From the NCBI GenBank assembly GCA_037447605.1, contig CM074806.1, forward strand, positions 310,001-374,000: 64,000 bases of DNA. Direction: 5' to 3'. This DNA comes from Zygnema circumcarinatum SAG 698-1b (lineage: Eukaryota; Plantae; Zygnematophyceae). This document shows, in pieces, positions 16,801 to 27,216 of this stretch. Under the pieces are notes generated by a model that saw only the letters and a list, made by a program, of their open reading frames with translations, was not told the origin of the DNA and did no database searches. Numbering within the stretch: position 1 is the first letter of the stretch; each line of letters opens with the position of its first letter. The translations under genes were made by a program, and so were the position numbers.

Positions 16801-19330
16801 AGGGAGGCAATGGAAGATGCTGTAGACCAGCTGCTCCCTCTCCCCCTCCCCCTCCCCCTCCCTCTGCTTTTGCTTCTGTTTAATTTGTTCCATACGGTGC
16901 AAGTACAGATCTGTTCTAAGTACAGATTCTAGTGCAATTCTGTAGGGGGCTTCCAAAGTGTTGCCGATGATTAAAAAAAGGTATTTGCTACTCTTGACAG
17001 CTCCGCGCTGCATGATGAAAGCAATCCACCAAGATCGCTGAGGCCACGAAAGAAGAACGCATTTAGGGGTTCAGAGTGTGAGGGTTTTGGGAAACTTGAG
17101 TTTCATTTAGATTTAGTGGTTTAGGGTCAGGGTTATGATTAGGCTTAGAGGGGGGCCAGGCCGAAGGGGTAAAGGCCGATGGGGGCAAGGCCATAGTGTT
17201 AGTGTTAGGGTCAGGGTGAGTGTTAGGGTTAGAGGGGGTTAAGGCAAGGGGGCCAAGGCCGAGAGAGGCAAGGCTGAGAGGGGCAAGGCCGAGAGAGGCA
17301 AGGCCGAAGGGGGCAAGGCCGAGGGAGGCAAGGCCGAGGGGGGCAAGGCCGAGGGGGGCAAGGCCGAGGGGGGCAAGGCCGAGGGGGGCAAGGCCGAGGG
17401 GGCAAGGCCGAGGGGGCAAGGCCGAGTGAGGCAAGGCCGAAGGGGGCAAGGTCGAGGGTGGCAAGGCCATAGTGTGAGGGTTTTGGTCAGGGTAAGGGTT
17501 AGGATTAGTGTTAGAGGGGGGCAAGGCCAAGGGGGCCAAGGCCGAGAGAGGCAAGGCCGAGAAAGGCAAGGCCGAAGGGGCCAAGGCCGAGGGGGGTAAG
17601 GCCGAGGGGGGTAAGGCCGAGAGGGGCAAGGTCGAGGATGGCAAGGCCATAGTGTTAGGGTTTTGGTCAGGGTCAGGGTTAGGATTAGTGTTAGAGGGGG
17701 GCAAGGCCAAGGGGGCCAAGGCCGAGAGAGGCAAGGCCGAGAGAGGCAAGGCCGAGGGGGGCAAGGACGAGGGAGGGAGGGATGGAGGCAATGGAAGATG
17801 GTGTAGACCAGCTGCTCCCTCTCCCCCTCCCCCTCCCCCTCCCTCTGCTTTTGCTTCTGTTTAATTTGTTCCATACGGTGCAAGTACAGATCTGTTCTAA
17901 GTACAGATTCTAGTGCAAGTCTGTAGGGGGCTTCCAAAGTGTGGCCGATGATTAAAAAAAGATATTTGCTACTCTTGACAGCTCCGCGCTGGATGATGAA
18001 AGCAATCCACCAAGATCGCTGAGGCCACGAAAGAGGAACGCATTTAGGGGTTCAGAGTGTGAGGGTTTTGGGGAACCTGAGTTTCATTTAGATTTAGTGG
18101 TTTAGGGTCAGGGTTATGATTAGGCTTAGAGGGGGGCCAGGCCGAAGGGGGCAAGGCCGGGGGGGGCAAAGGCCGAGGGAAGCAAAGCCATAGGGTTAGA
18201 GTCAGGGTTAGGGTTAGGGTTAGTGGGGGGCCAGGCCGAGTGAGGCAAAGCCAAGGCCGACGGGGGCAAGGCCGAGGGGGGAGGGAGGGAGGGGCTTTCT
18301 TTTTTTCGGACGCCTTCGAAATGGTAGTTTTTCTTTTCAGCGTGAGTGCGCACCAGTGCAAGTAAGCCTTTCTCCTTTATCCTTGTTTACTTTTTCAGCA
18401 GTATGAGTGGGAGGGTGGAAGCAGGGAGAGAGTAAGAGAGTGAGAGGGCTGGAGAGGGAGCAGTGGGGCAGAAAGTGGGGTATAGAGGCAGGCAGGGGTA
18501 TGTAGGGAGGGAGGGAGGGAGGGATGGGTTGGCATGGCTTCTTGCAGCACAAGGAGCCGAGGGATGTTCGCTTTGTGGCTGACCTGTTGCTGCAAGAGGT
18601 ACTTACAAGGGCTTACGAGGGGAGGAAGGCCGAGGGGGGCAAAGGCCGAGGGGGGCAAGTCGATAGGGTTAGGGTTAGGGTCAGAGTCAGTGTTAGGGTT
18701 AGGGTTAGAGGCCGAGGCCAAGGCCAAGGCCGAGGGGGCAAGGCCGAGGGGGGTAAGGCTGACGGAGGGAGGGAGGGAAGTGGCTTTCTTTTTTAGAGAG
18801 GCTTTCGAAATAACTTTGTTTTTATTTTGCGCCGATTGAGTAAGGCGGTTCGCTAGTGGTGGCTTCGCGACTTTGCAAGTAAGGTTTTATCTCTTTTCTT
18901 TATTTTTTTTTCAGCAACAAGGAGGGAGGGAGGAAAGGGGGCAAGGCCGGGGGAGGGGTGCTCTTTTCCTCCCTCCCTATTTCTGAAAAAAGAACAAGGA
19001 GAAGAGTTAAAGTCTTATTTGCAAGGTTGCCGGTTTGCGAACCACCTTAATTATTCTCCGCGCAAAATTGAAGCGGAGCTATTTCGAAAGCTTTTGTATA
19101 TAGAAAGCCACTTCCCTCTCTCACTCCTTCCCTCGGCCTTGGCCCCCTTGGCTTTGCCTCTCATGGCCCTCTCGGCCTTGCTCCCCTCGACCTAGCCCTC
19201 CTCTGCCTTGCCCCTTTCGGCTTTGCCTCTTTCGACCTTGCCTCTCTCAGCCTTGGCCCCTTTGGCCTTTCCCCCTCTTCACCCTAACCCTAATCCTGAC
19301 CCTAACCTTAACCTTATGGCCTGCCCCCCT
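10812..19330. repeat. Hierarchical GC-rich satellite: ~15-mer GGCAAGGCCGAGGGG arrays, telomere-like blocks and recurring ~140 bp islands
   Basis: Hundreds of GGCAAGGCCGA(GGGG/GAGA) units are interrupted every ~100-300 bp by ATAGTGTTAGTGTTAGGGTCAGGGTCAGGGTTAGGGTTAGA-like blocks. Orientation flips after about 18960. Confidence 0.95.
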
Positions 19331-21441
19331 TCTCGCCTTCTCTGTTTGTCGTTTTCAAGTTTCTGTTGTTTGGAGCTCGTCGATTCTGATTCTGGATTGC
19401 CTCGTTTGTTTCGGTCTGTCGGTCGTTTTCATTCACTCCCTCGCTCCCTCCCACTCCCTTTCCCCCTCCCTCTCCCTCTCGCCCTCTCCTTGTTTCGCTC
19501 TCCCTCCTCTCCCTCTTCCTCTCCCTCTCTCCCTCTCCCTCTCCCTCTCTCCCTCTCCCTCTCCTTCTCTCCCTCCCCCTCACTCTCCCTCTCCCTGCCC
19601 CTCTCCTTCTCTCCCTCCCTCTCCTTCTCCCTCTCCCTCTCTCCTCCCCCCTGTAAGCCTCGTACGTTAGTACATCCCGTTTCGGGACTGCCGCTGGTGC
19701 CGTTCCATGTGCTGTCTCCATGTCGCCAGTTCAGTTCCCGTCATGGTTCGCAAGGTTCCGTTTTCAGGTTTCAACGCCAAACTGAGAACGGAACCATGGA
19801 ACAGGGACCCCATCAGTCCCACATCTCCCAATACCCCCTTTCTCGAGGTCACCTTCTCGGCCCTAAAATCCTCGAAATCTTTAATCGTAAAATTTTTAAA
19901 CCTTCATTGGCAGCTCGAATTCTCTATTTTTAATAATTGATTTTTCACCACTTTTATTTTTCCGTAACTCCTATTTCTCCAAAATGAGACTCTCAATTTT
20001 CAGCGATGATTTGCTTTACTTGATTTTTACATTTTGTATGTTATTGAACTTTTTGGCTTCGGCGCATTGTCGGAATCTTTCGGAAACGGAAAAAAAAATT
20101 ACTGGAAATCGCCTCCAAACCAAAGGAGAGTCGGGTAAGTTATTTCAAAAAAATCGAATACATTTAGAGGGACGGATGGTACTAATGGTATGATTATAAG
20201 CTCAACTTCCTAAGCCCATCCTTTGCAGCATTAGAGAATAATGTATATTAAATTTTAAAATTAGAAGTAGGGCACGAATAGAACCCCATCATTACAGAAC
20301 TGCCTTATCTATGCGTATATTTACCGTTACTCTTATTTCTGGAATTCCGTTTTTAAATTAAAGCAGGGTCAAACGCCAACTCGGAGAGAAGTTTTTCTGC
20401 GGAGGAGCTCCGGGCAGTCCTGGAAAGTTTAAAGAATGTGACTCACAAAAAGATTCCAAATCGGAGTTGTATTCCTGTAGGCTCCGCGGAGCCCTACATA
20501 TTTGTCCGATTCAGGTACTTTCCCCCTTTTGTACTTTCTAAAGCTTCTGTCACTCCCACCTCTCCTTCTCCCTCTCCTCCTCCCTCTCCCTCTTCCTATC
20601 CCTCTCCTTGTCCATCTCCCTGTCCCTCCCTCTCCCTCTCCTCCTCCCCCTCCCTCTCCCCCTCACCTCTCTCTCCCCCTCTCCCTCTCCCCTCATACTC
20701 TCTCCCCCCCTCTCCCTCTCCCCTCACACTCTCTCTCTCTCTCTCTCTCACTCTGCCCTGACTTAAGTTCGCTTTACGGAGCCATTGGGTACAGTGCATA
20801 CCGGTACACATTGTCAAGTCTTTTTGTGATCGGCCTCGGGCAGCGAAAAACTTTTTTGGATCTGAAGGCCATCCCTGAGCTGAGGAGCTGCAATTGGCTG
20901 CCGGCAAATAGAGCAATAAGCAATTTCAAGTTGGCAACATTAAAAACTCTAAACTTTTAGTTAAAATTTTGTTAATTTTGACATTCCCTTTTTGTTTAAG
21001 CAGTGTTTAAAAGCACTTTGAGGCATGTGTTGCTTTATTATTAGGTCCTTTGGAACCCATTCTTCGTGGTTTCCCGTGTTGCTTTTGTCCATGCATGAGA
21101 CCAATGCCAATTCATGTTCTCGTGCCGCCGGTCACCTCGGGGAGGTCTGTTACCTCATTCGGTAACGGCGGTTAACATGTTCTGTCACCGCACGTTGGCT
21201 CAGGTAACCGTTTCTGTTGATTCCTTGCCCTCTCTTTTTAAAACGGTTCAAACATTGCAAAGGCTTTCGAGTCATCGAATGCATGGTTCAAACACAGATT
21301 GAATTTTACTAAAATACTCGAAATGGCCCAACGATCAAAGGTCAAACATAGAAGAAGATAAGGAACGATACACCTGTACAAAAAAAAAAAAAAAAGCTTG
21401 CCCTAATCCAGAGTGTTCTTACTACCCCTGAACCCTAAAAA

Positions 21442-22709
21442 TCATCTTACAGAAGCCATGACGATCCCAACAGCGCATCCAAGGAGGGTGCTCGGCAGCC
21501 ATCCCCTTCGAGCACTCAACTTCTTCACAAAGAAAGGAAGGGACACCAACGCATTGTGAGCGAGGGCGCAGCTGAGGGCCCCAATGGGCACATATGTCAC
21601 GAGTCGCTGCCGGAACCGGGAGAGAGCCATCTCTCTAAAGACGAGCACCGCAAAATCTCGAAAAGCTTCAAGGTTCAAAACTTCTTTGGTTTTGAATGGG
21701 GTTGAAGCTGAGAGTGCGGCGTCAATGTCAAGCTCGGAAGGAACCCGGTTTAGCCATTTTTTCTGGAACTTGAATACGGGATCGTCAAAAGGGCCATTGT
21801 CTGCAGCAGAGGTGGAAAGAGGTTAGGGTTAGGGTTAGGGTTAGGGTTAGGGTTAGGGTTAGGGTTAGGGTTAGGGTTAGGGTTAGGATTAGGGTTAGGG
21901 GTAGGGTTAGCGTGAAGGTTAGGGTTAGGGTTAGGGTTAGGGTTAGGGTTAGGGTTAGGGTTAGGGTTAGGGTTAGGGTTAGGGTTTTGGGTTAGGGTTA
22001 GGATTAGGGTTAGGGTTAGGGTTAGGGTTAGGGTTAGGGTTTGAGATACGGTTTTACTTAAGGCCAAGACTTTAAAAAAAGAGGTAATTGTTTAGGGCTG
22101 AAGGTCAGGTTAGGATTGGATTTAGGGTTGGAGTGGTTAAGAGTGGGCTAGGGCTAGAACTAGGATTATGGTTACAGTTAGGATCTAGATCAGAGTTAAT
22201 AAAATTAGTAAAAAATGGAGGTAAGATTAAGATTAGGGTTAGGGCAAGGGTCAGGGCTAGTGATAGAGTCAAGGTTAGGATTACCCTCCAAAATAATCGG
22301 TTCAAACGCATAGAAATTGCGGCAAATCTCTATCATCAGGTCAGGGTTCAGAATTAGGGTTTACGTGAGCTCGGATTAGGTTTGAGATAACAGTCTCGCC
22401 TTAAACCCATCCTTCTCCAAGGGGTTTAAAGCTGCAAAGCCCCCCTCCCTCCCCCCCAAGCCCAGGGTTCATGGGCTTACCTGCAGAGGCTGCGACCGCG
22501 AGCACCGAGAGGCGCTCGTAGAGGTGCTCCATTGCGGTCAGCAGCTGGTAGGGGCGCAGCCCTGGCGCCACTTGGCGGCCTGCCACAGACCGGTGACACG
22601 TGTCATACGCTGCGCGCACCGCCTCCCTGAAGGCGGGGGACCCCTCAAGGAGGCGCGCCACGCACGGGCCACGAAGCTCCGGGGAGAGGAGGGAGGTGGC
22701 GCCCCCCAT
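21442..22709 (-). CDS. Uncharacterised ~195 aa protein with a hydrophobic C-terminus; 2 exons
   Basis: Exon 22709-22481 ([38 protein letters not shown]...VAASA) joins exon 21800-21442 ([16 protein letters not shown]...[12 protein letters not shown]) by a canonical G|GTAAGC...CTGCAG| phase-1 intron. The start codon and family are uncertain. Confidence 0.6.
21822..22040 (+). repeat. Interstitial (TTAGGG)n array, about 35 units, intronic
   Basis: Read directly; few variant units. Confidence 0.97.
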
Positions 22710-23570
22710 GTGGCCACGTGGCGGCAGGTCACTGGCTGGGCATTGGCCACGTGGGTGCTGTTGGGACACGTGGCGAGAGGTTATTGGCGGAGGGCATGCC
22801 ACGTGGAGCGGGAGTGGCGCGAGTTCAGAAGTGGAAGGGGCGATGGCGGGGGGAGGCGCATTGGTGACGTGGCGGAAGGCCATTGGTTGGGTCCATGGCT
22901 ATTTTTTTTTTTTTTTTGGGGTGGGCCGCACATGCCATGATGCATGCATGCATGGATTGACGGAGGATGTGGCATGGGATGGAAAGGGATGGGATGCATA
23001 GGATGTTCATGTGCGCAGGTGCATGGATGGATGGAGGGATGGACATGCATGTACGGGAGAAAACAAACCTCGCCCCTTCTCAGTTTCCATTTTGAATGAA
23101 GTTGAACCAAGGAAAGGCACCAACAAAAAGGAAAAAAAGGGGAACAGCTTCCTTGAGGCATGTCATATTATGGGCTACTAAGACGGCAAGTTTGAGTCCG
23201 GCCGGAGCAAATCCATCATGTTGCTGTGCTTGCGAACATTGTTCTTCTTTCAATATGGGGTTTTTAGGAGAACGCTTTTGTGGTTGCAGAATTGCTGCTA
23301 GATCTGCCATTACAAGCATGAAGCCGAAACTGACAGCACTCTCAACCTATGTACGTATCTATCTATGTACCGAACACACCAAATTTCCTTCATACACTCT
23401 CGATCCTCATGTACCTCTCTGCATACAATTCAACCAATTCTACCACCTTTTCACCCACCCCCCCCCCCCCTTCTCCCTTTCTCTCTCTTTCTCTCTCCCT
23501 CCCTCCCTTCTCTCTCTCCATTGCAAGACACGCCCTATACATACATACATACTCAGCCTCTATCTTGGTC

Positions 23571-25703
23571 TCATTCTCTCACACTCGACCTCCTCCTTTT
23601 GGAGCCCTCACTGCTCCCAGTCAGAGGAGAAGCTGTTATCCTCTTCATCCCTTTTGCTGCCGCCTGATCCTCCGTTGACTTCCAAGCCCCGCGGAGGAAC
23701 ACCAACTGCTCCAAGTTCAAAGCATTCGATTGGCTCCTTTTCGCCATTCTCAGCTGCCCCTCCACTGAAAAATCCATCTCCGAAGCAGCAGACGTGGCAG
23801 GAATAGCCAACAGAGAACGAGCTAAATTGCTAAGCAGAGGGTACAACACTTGGTGGTTAGCCCACCACTGTAAGGGATTTGCAGGCTCTTTTGAAGTGTG
23901 TACTAATGTGGGGCAGCTTCTGAAAGCTTTGATTTCATGTTGGAGCTGCTCTAAGTGGTGTTGTTTCTCCACACCGCTCAAACTCACATCCTGCTCACAT
24001 GCAAAGTCTTGCTTGGTAGAGGCTCGTCCATTCACAACCCTAAAAATGTCATCTTCATCCTCCACTGAAGCTGCTGCAGCAGCATCGGCTTTCGGAATCA
24101 ATGGCAAGGCTTTCTGCTCGAAAAGGTTGGAGTCCGGAACTGGAGTCATAGTTAATAGAGGGAGTGGCTGAGCATGAGCTATAGCTGCATCAAACCTACT
24201 CATCATCACAGAAGTGATTTCATCCCAAATAACTCCTTGTTGAGACTCTTCCAAATAAGTCAGGGACTTAGTGCGAGGGTCCAATGCGGCTGCCATGACT
24301 ACCTTCCTTGGCAAAGAAGATAACTCCCCATCTCCGAACCTCTTGGTAAAGTCATCGTACATAATCTTGCCAATATCATGCAAGGAGGGGTCCATGGAGG
24401 CCATGACTTTCCGCAGCGCACAGGAAATTTCATTCAGTAGATAAGGGACCCAGCTTATAGTCACATACCTCTCCCCCTCCAACATCTTCTGCGCCACCAT
24501 GAAAGGTTTCAAAAGTATGACTCCCAAAGTGATGATGCTCCAAGCCTCCTCTGAGAGCTTCGCTGAAGGAGGCAAGCTGGCCATCATACCTCGTAAAGGC
24601 TGCTCCAAATGTAGCACAGAAGAGAGCATATTGTACGTACTCCACCAGCGGTTGACTGTGTCAGGAATGAGGTCTCGCCACTTCACTTCCATATCCTCAG
24701 CTAACATTCTAAGAGTGTGAGTGGCCTTTTCAGAGCCTTCAAAGTACCCCACAAGAGCCCTTGCGGACTGCACGAACTCTCCGACTCCATGCCCTTCAAA
24801 AAACTTATTTGTGACGAGCTCTAAGAGATGGCCCAAGCATCCGTGCCAGTCGAAACTTGTCAACATTCTCGAACTTAGCATGGTGGCAGCCATATCCGTT
24901 ACACAAGCCACAATGTTCTCTGGAGGGATCCCATACTCCTTCAGAACTTCATCAAGTTTAGCGCAGACGGATTCCGCCGCTTGGCTTTCTATGAAGGGAG
25001 AGCAGTCTAGCGTTGCTGTCACCAACTCCCAGTCATGGTTGATGTAGCTCACATGCATAGAGCAGAACGGAATTAGGGTTTTCGAAGTCCAAGCTTCCGT
25101 TGTAATGCTGATGCTCTCTCCTTTCAACTGCTGCTGCAAAAGTCCGCGAATTTGAACCTCTAATTCTGACAGCCGTTCGCTCACCACTCCTCTGTCGGGA
25201 ACACGCACTTTCGGCCCTCCATGTCGAACCATGTCCATAAAATCCACGCTCTCTCCCACAGACAAAGGCTGCAAATCATGAACAAGCCATCTCACATACT
25301 TGTCTCCGAATGAAGAAGGGACCCCTTTCTCCACCACTCCATCTGTTGGAGAAGCAGCTAACGGCGAAGATTTCGACTTCTCTGACAAACACTCGAGGTA
25401 AATTTTTTCATGGTGCCTTTTAAGGTGAAACTGCAGGTTTGTAGGGCTGCTTGAGCTTCCCCTTTTGATGACCATGTCGCAGTAGTTGCAGAATGCAAGC
25501 TCTGGAAACCTTCCATCTTGAAGCACCTTGAAATGTTTCCATGCTGAGGAGCTGACCCCTGAGGGAACTGCCTTCTTGCAGGCTCTCAGCTCTTCAATTG
25601 GCGGAATTGGCTCTTTATTCCGTCGCAACATTATACCAGTCGAAGGCGGCGAAGCAGGTGATGCGTCTCCTTGCAAAGGTGAGGTCATCATGGCTTCTGG
25701 CAT
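23571..25703 (-). CDS. hAT-superfamily transposase-derived protein (BED zinc finger, RNase H-like core, dimerisation domain), 710 aa, single coding exon
   Basis: BED finger WKHF...CNYC...TNLQFHLKRHH; core motifs SITTEAWTS, VTDMAATM, CLGH (CxxH), RWWSTYNML; C-terminal NPLQWW...YPLLSNLARSLLAIPATSAASEMDFS. Frame is uninterrupted. Confidence 0.9.
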   Translation of the reverse strand: MPEAMMTSPLQGDASPASPPSTGIMLRRNKEPIPPIEELRACKKAVPSGVSSSAWKHFKVLQDGRFPELAFCNYCDMVIKRGSSSSPTNLQFHLKRHHEKIYLECLSEKSKSSPLAASPTDGVVEKGVPSSFGDKYVRWLVHDLQPLSVGESVDFMDMVRHGGPKVRVPDRGVVSERLSELEVQIRGLLQQQLKGESISITTEAWTSKTLIPFCSMHVSYINHDWELVTATLDCSPFIESQAAESVCAKLDEVLKEYGIPPENIVACVTDMAATMLSSRMLTSFDWHGCLGHLLELVTNKFFEGHGVGEFVQSARALVGYFEGSEKATHTLRMLAEDMEVKWRDLIPDTVNRWWSTYNMLSSVLHLEQPLRGMMASLPPSAKLSEEAWSIITLGVILLKPFMVAQKMLEGERYVTISWVPYLLNEISCALRKVMASMDPSLHDIGKIMYDDFTKRFGDGELSSLPRKVVMAAALDPRTKSLTYLEESQQGVIWDEITSVMMSRFDAAIAHAQPLPLLTMTPVPDSNLFEQKALPLIPKADAAAAASVEDEDDIFRVVNGRASTKQDFACEQDVSLSGVEKQHHLEQLQHEIKAFRSCPTLVHTSKEPANPLQWWANHQVLYPLLSNLARSLLAIPATSAASEMDFSVEGQLRMAKRSQSNALNLEQLVFLRGAWKSTEDQAAAKGMKRITASPLTGSSEGSKRRRSSVRE

Positions 25704-27216
25704 AACAACAACTAGACCAATCTAGGTTAGTTACATATCCTCATCTTCTGATCACCCCCTGTCTCCTACTCTCTCCCTTACTTCCTCACTCTCTCTCCAC
25801 GCTCTCCGTTTCCCTCACATATTCCAGGTCTTCTACCCTACTTTATGTCCTCTTCCACTTCTCCCCACTTTTCTTTTTCTTTCCCTGTCTACGTTGTCCC
25901 TCCCCACTTCCACGAACTCCTGCCCTCAACAACATCCAACCCTCAATATACAACCACACCCACTCCTCACAGTATTTCCTTCCACCACAAACCATCCTGC
26001 ATCACATCAAATCCTTCCACGCAGAACAGACATCATCCGCATCACTTTTCATCCTGCATCTCATGACATCCCTCAAAACACATCAGACACCACCCTGCAT
26101 CGCTTCGCGTCCCTCCAGACACACAAAACATTATCCTGCACCTCACCACATCCCTCAAAACACATCCCCCCTCGTCCTCCAATCCTCTTCTCCCTCCTCA
26201 CCCCTCCTCCCTCCACCCCAAATCTCCTCCCTCCCTCCCCACTCCCTCCACCCCAAATCTCCTCCTTCCCTCCCTCCTCCCTCCACCCCACATCTCCCTC
26301 CCTCCTCCCTCCACCCCACATCCCCTCCTCCCTCCCTCCTTCCCCCATCATTTCCCCACACACATCATCTCACTCCTTCGCACCTCTCTCTCTCTCTCCC
26401 TACCGTACAGCGCCGTACAGCTCCTTCCTATTTCAGCAGTATCGCCTGCAGCGCGAGCGAGGGAGGGAGGCCGCGCGAGAGCCCTGCCCTGCGCGTATCG
26501 CCGTATCCCTCTCTGCCCGCGTACTGTACTGTACTGCCCTGCCCCGCCAGCCGCCGCCCCGCACTCCCCCGCCCCCTAAATATGTATCGCCCGCGATACA
26601 GGGAGGGATGGAGGGAGACGGCGCAGGGTTACGGCTAGGGCTAGGGTTCAGGCCCAGGGCGAGGGTTTCTGGTCCTGCCCTGCCGGCCGTACCTGCTGCC
26701 CTGAACCCCAAAAAGATTGAAAGGAACGAAAAAAACAATGCGATTGCCGACGTGCGAACGCGCCCAGAATTGTCGTTGTGGTCGTTCGATGGCGCCGTAC
26801 CGTACGGACATGGGAGAGACTTTCTCGCGTTCCATGTGAAAAACACTTGCTTTTGATTTGAGACGTGTCACGGCCGACGGTTTCCATGCGGTTTGCCACG
26901 ACCACGGCCACAAAACGGAAACATCGTGACACATGTGCCGCCAAAATGCAATTCTTGTGCCACGTGGCACTTCCCCATTCGTAACTGCCATCGCCTTAGG
27001 CAACACTTTTCACAATTTCTTAATATTGGCTCCTTCGCAAACCCAACAAAACACAAGACCAAGCATCACACAACATTGTATTGTCTTTGTTTCCTAAAAA
27101 AAAGTAGTTCATGCTTTGATGTTACATCACGTCAAGTCATGTTGTTCGAAGCACCTCCCTAGTCCCAAGTGAACAACATGAACTCCCCAAAATCCATGAG
27201 TTGTTGTTCCCTTTAT

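Noticed and set aside
20760-20900. Possible C/D snoRNA or small exon after a CT tract
   Set aside because: The box motifs are weak, there is no terminal stem, and I found no partner exon.
21822-22040. A true chromosome end
   Set aside because: The array lies inside a phase-consistent intron with genes on both sides.
23571-25703. Active autonomous hAT transposon
   Set aside because: No TIRs or target-site duplication were found and the first catalytic Asp is replaced; kept as a domestication candidate instead.
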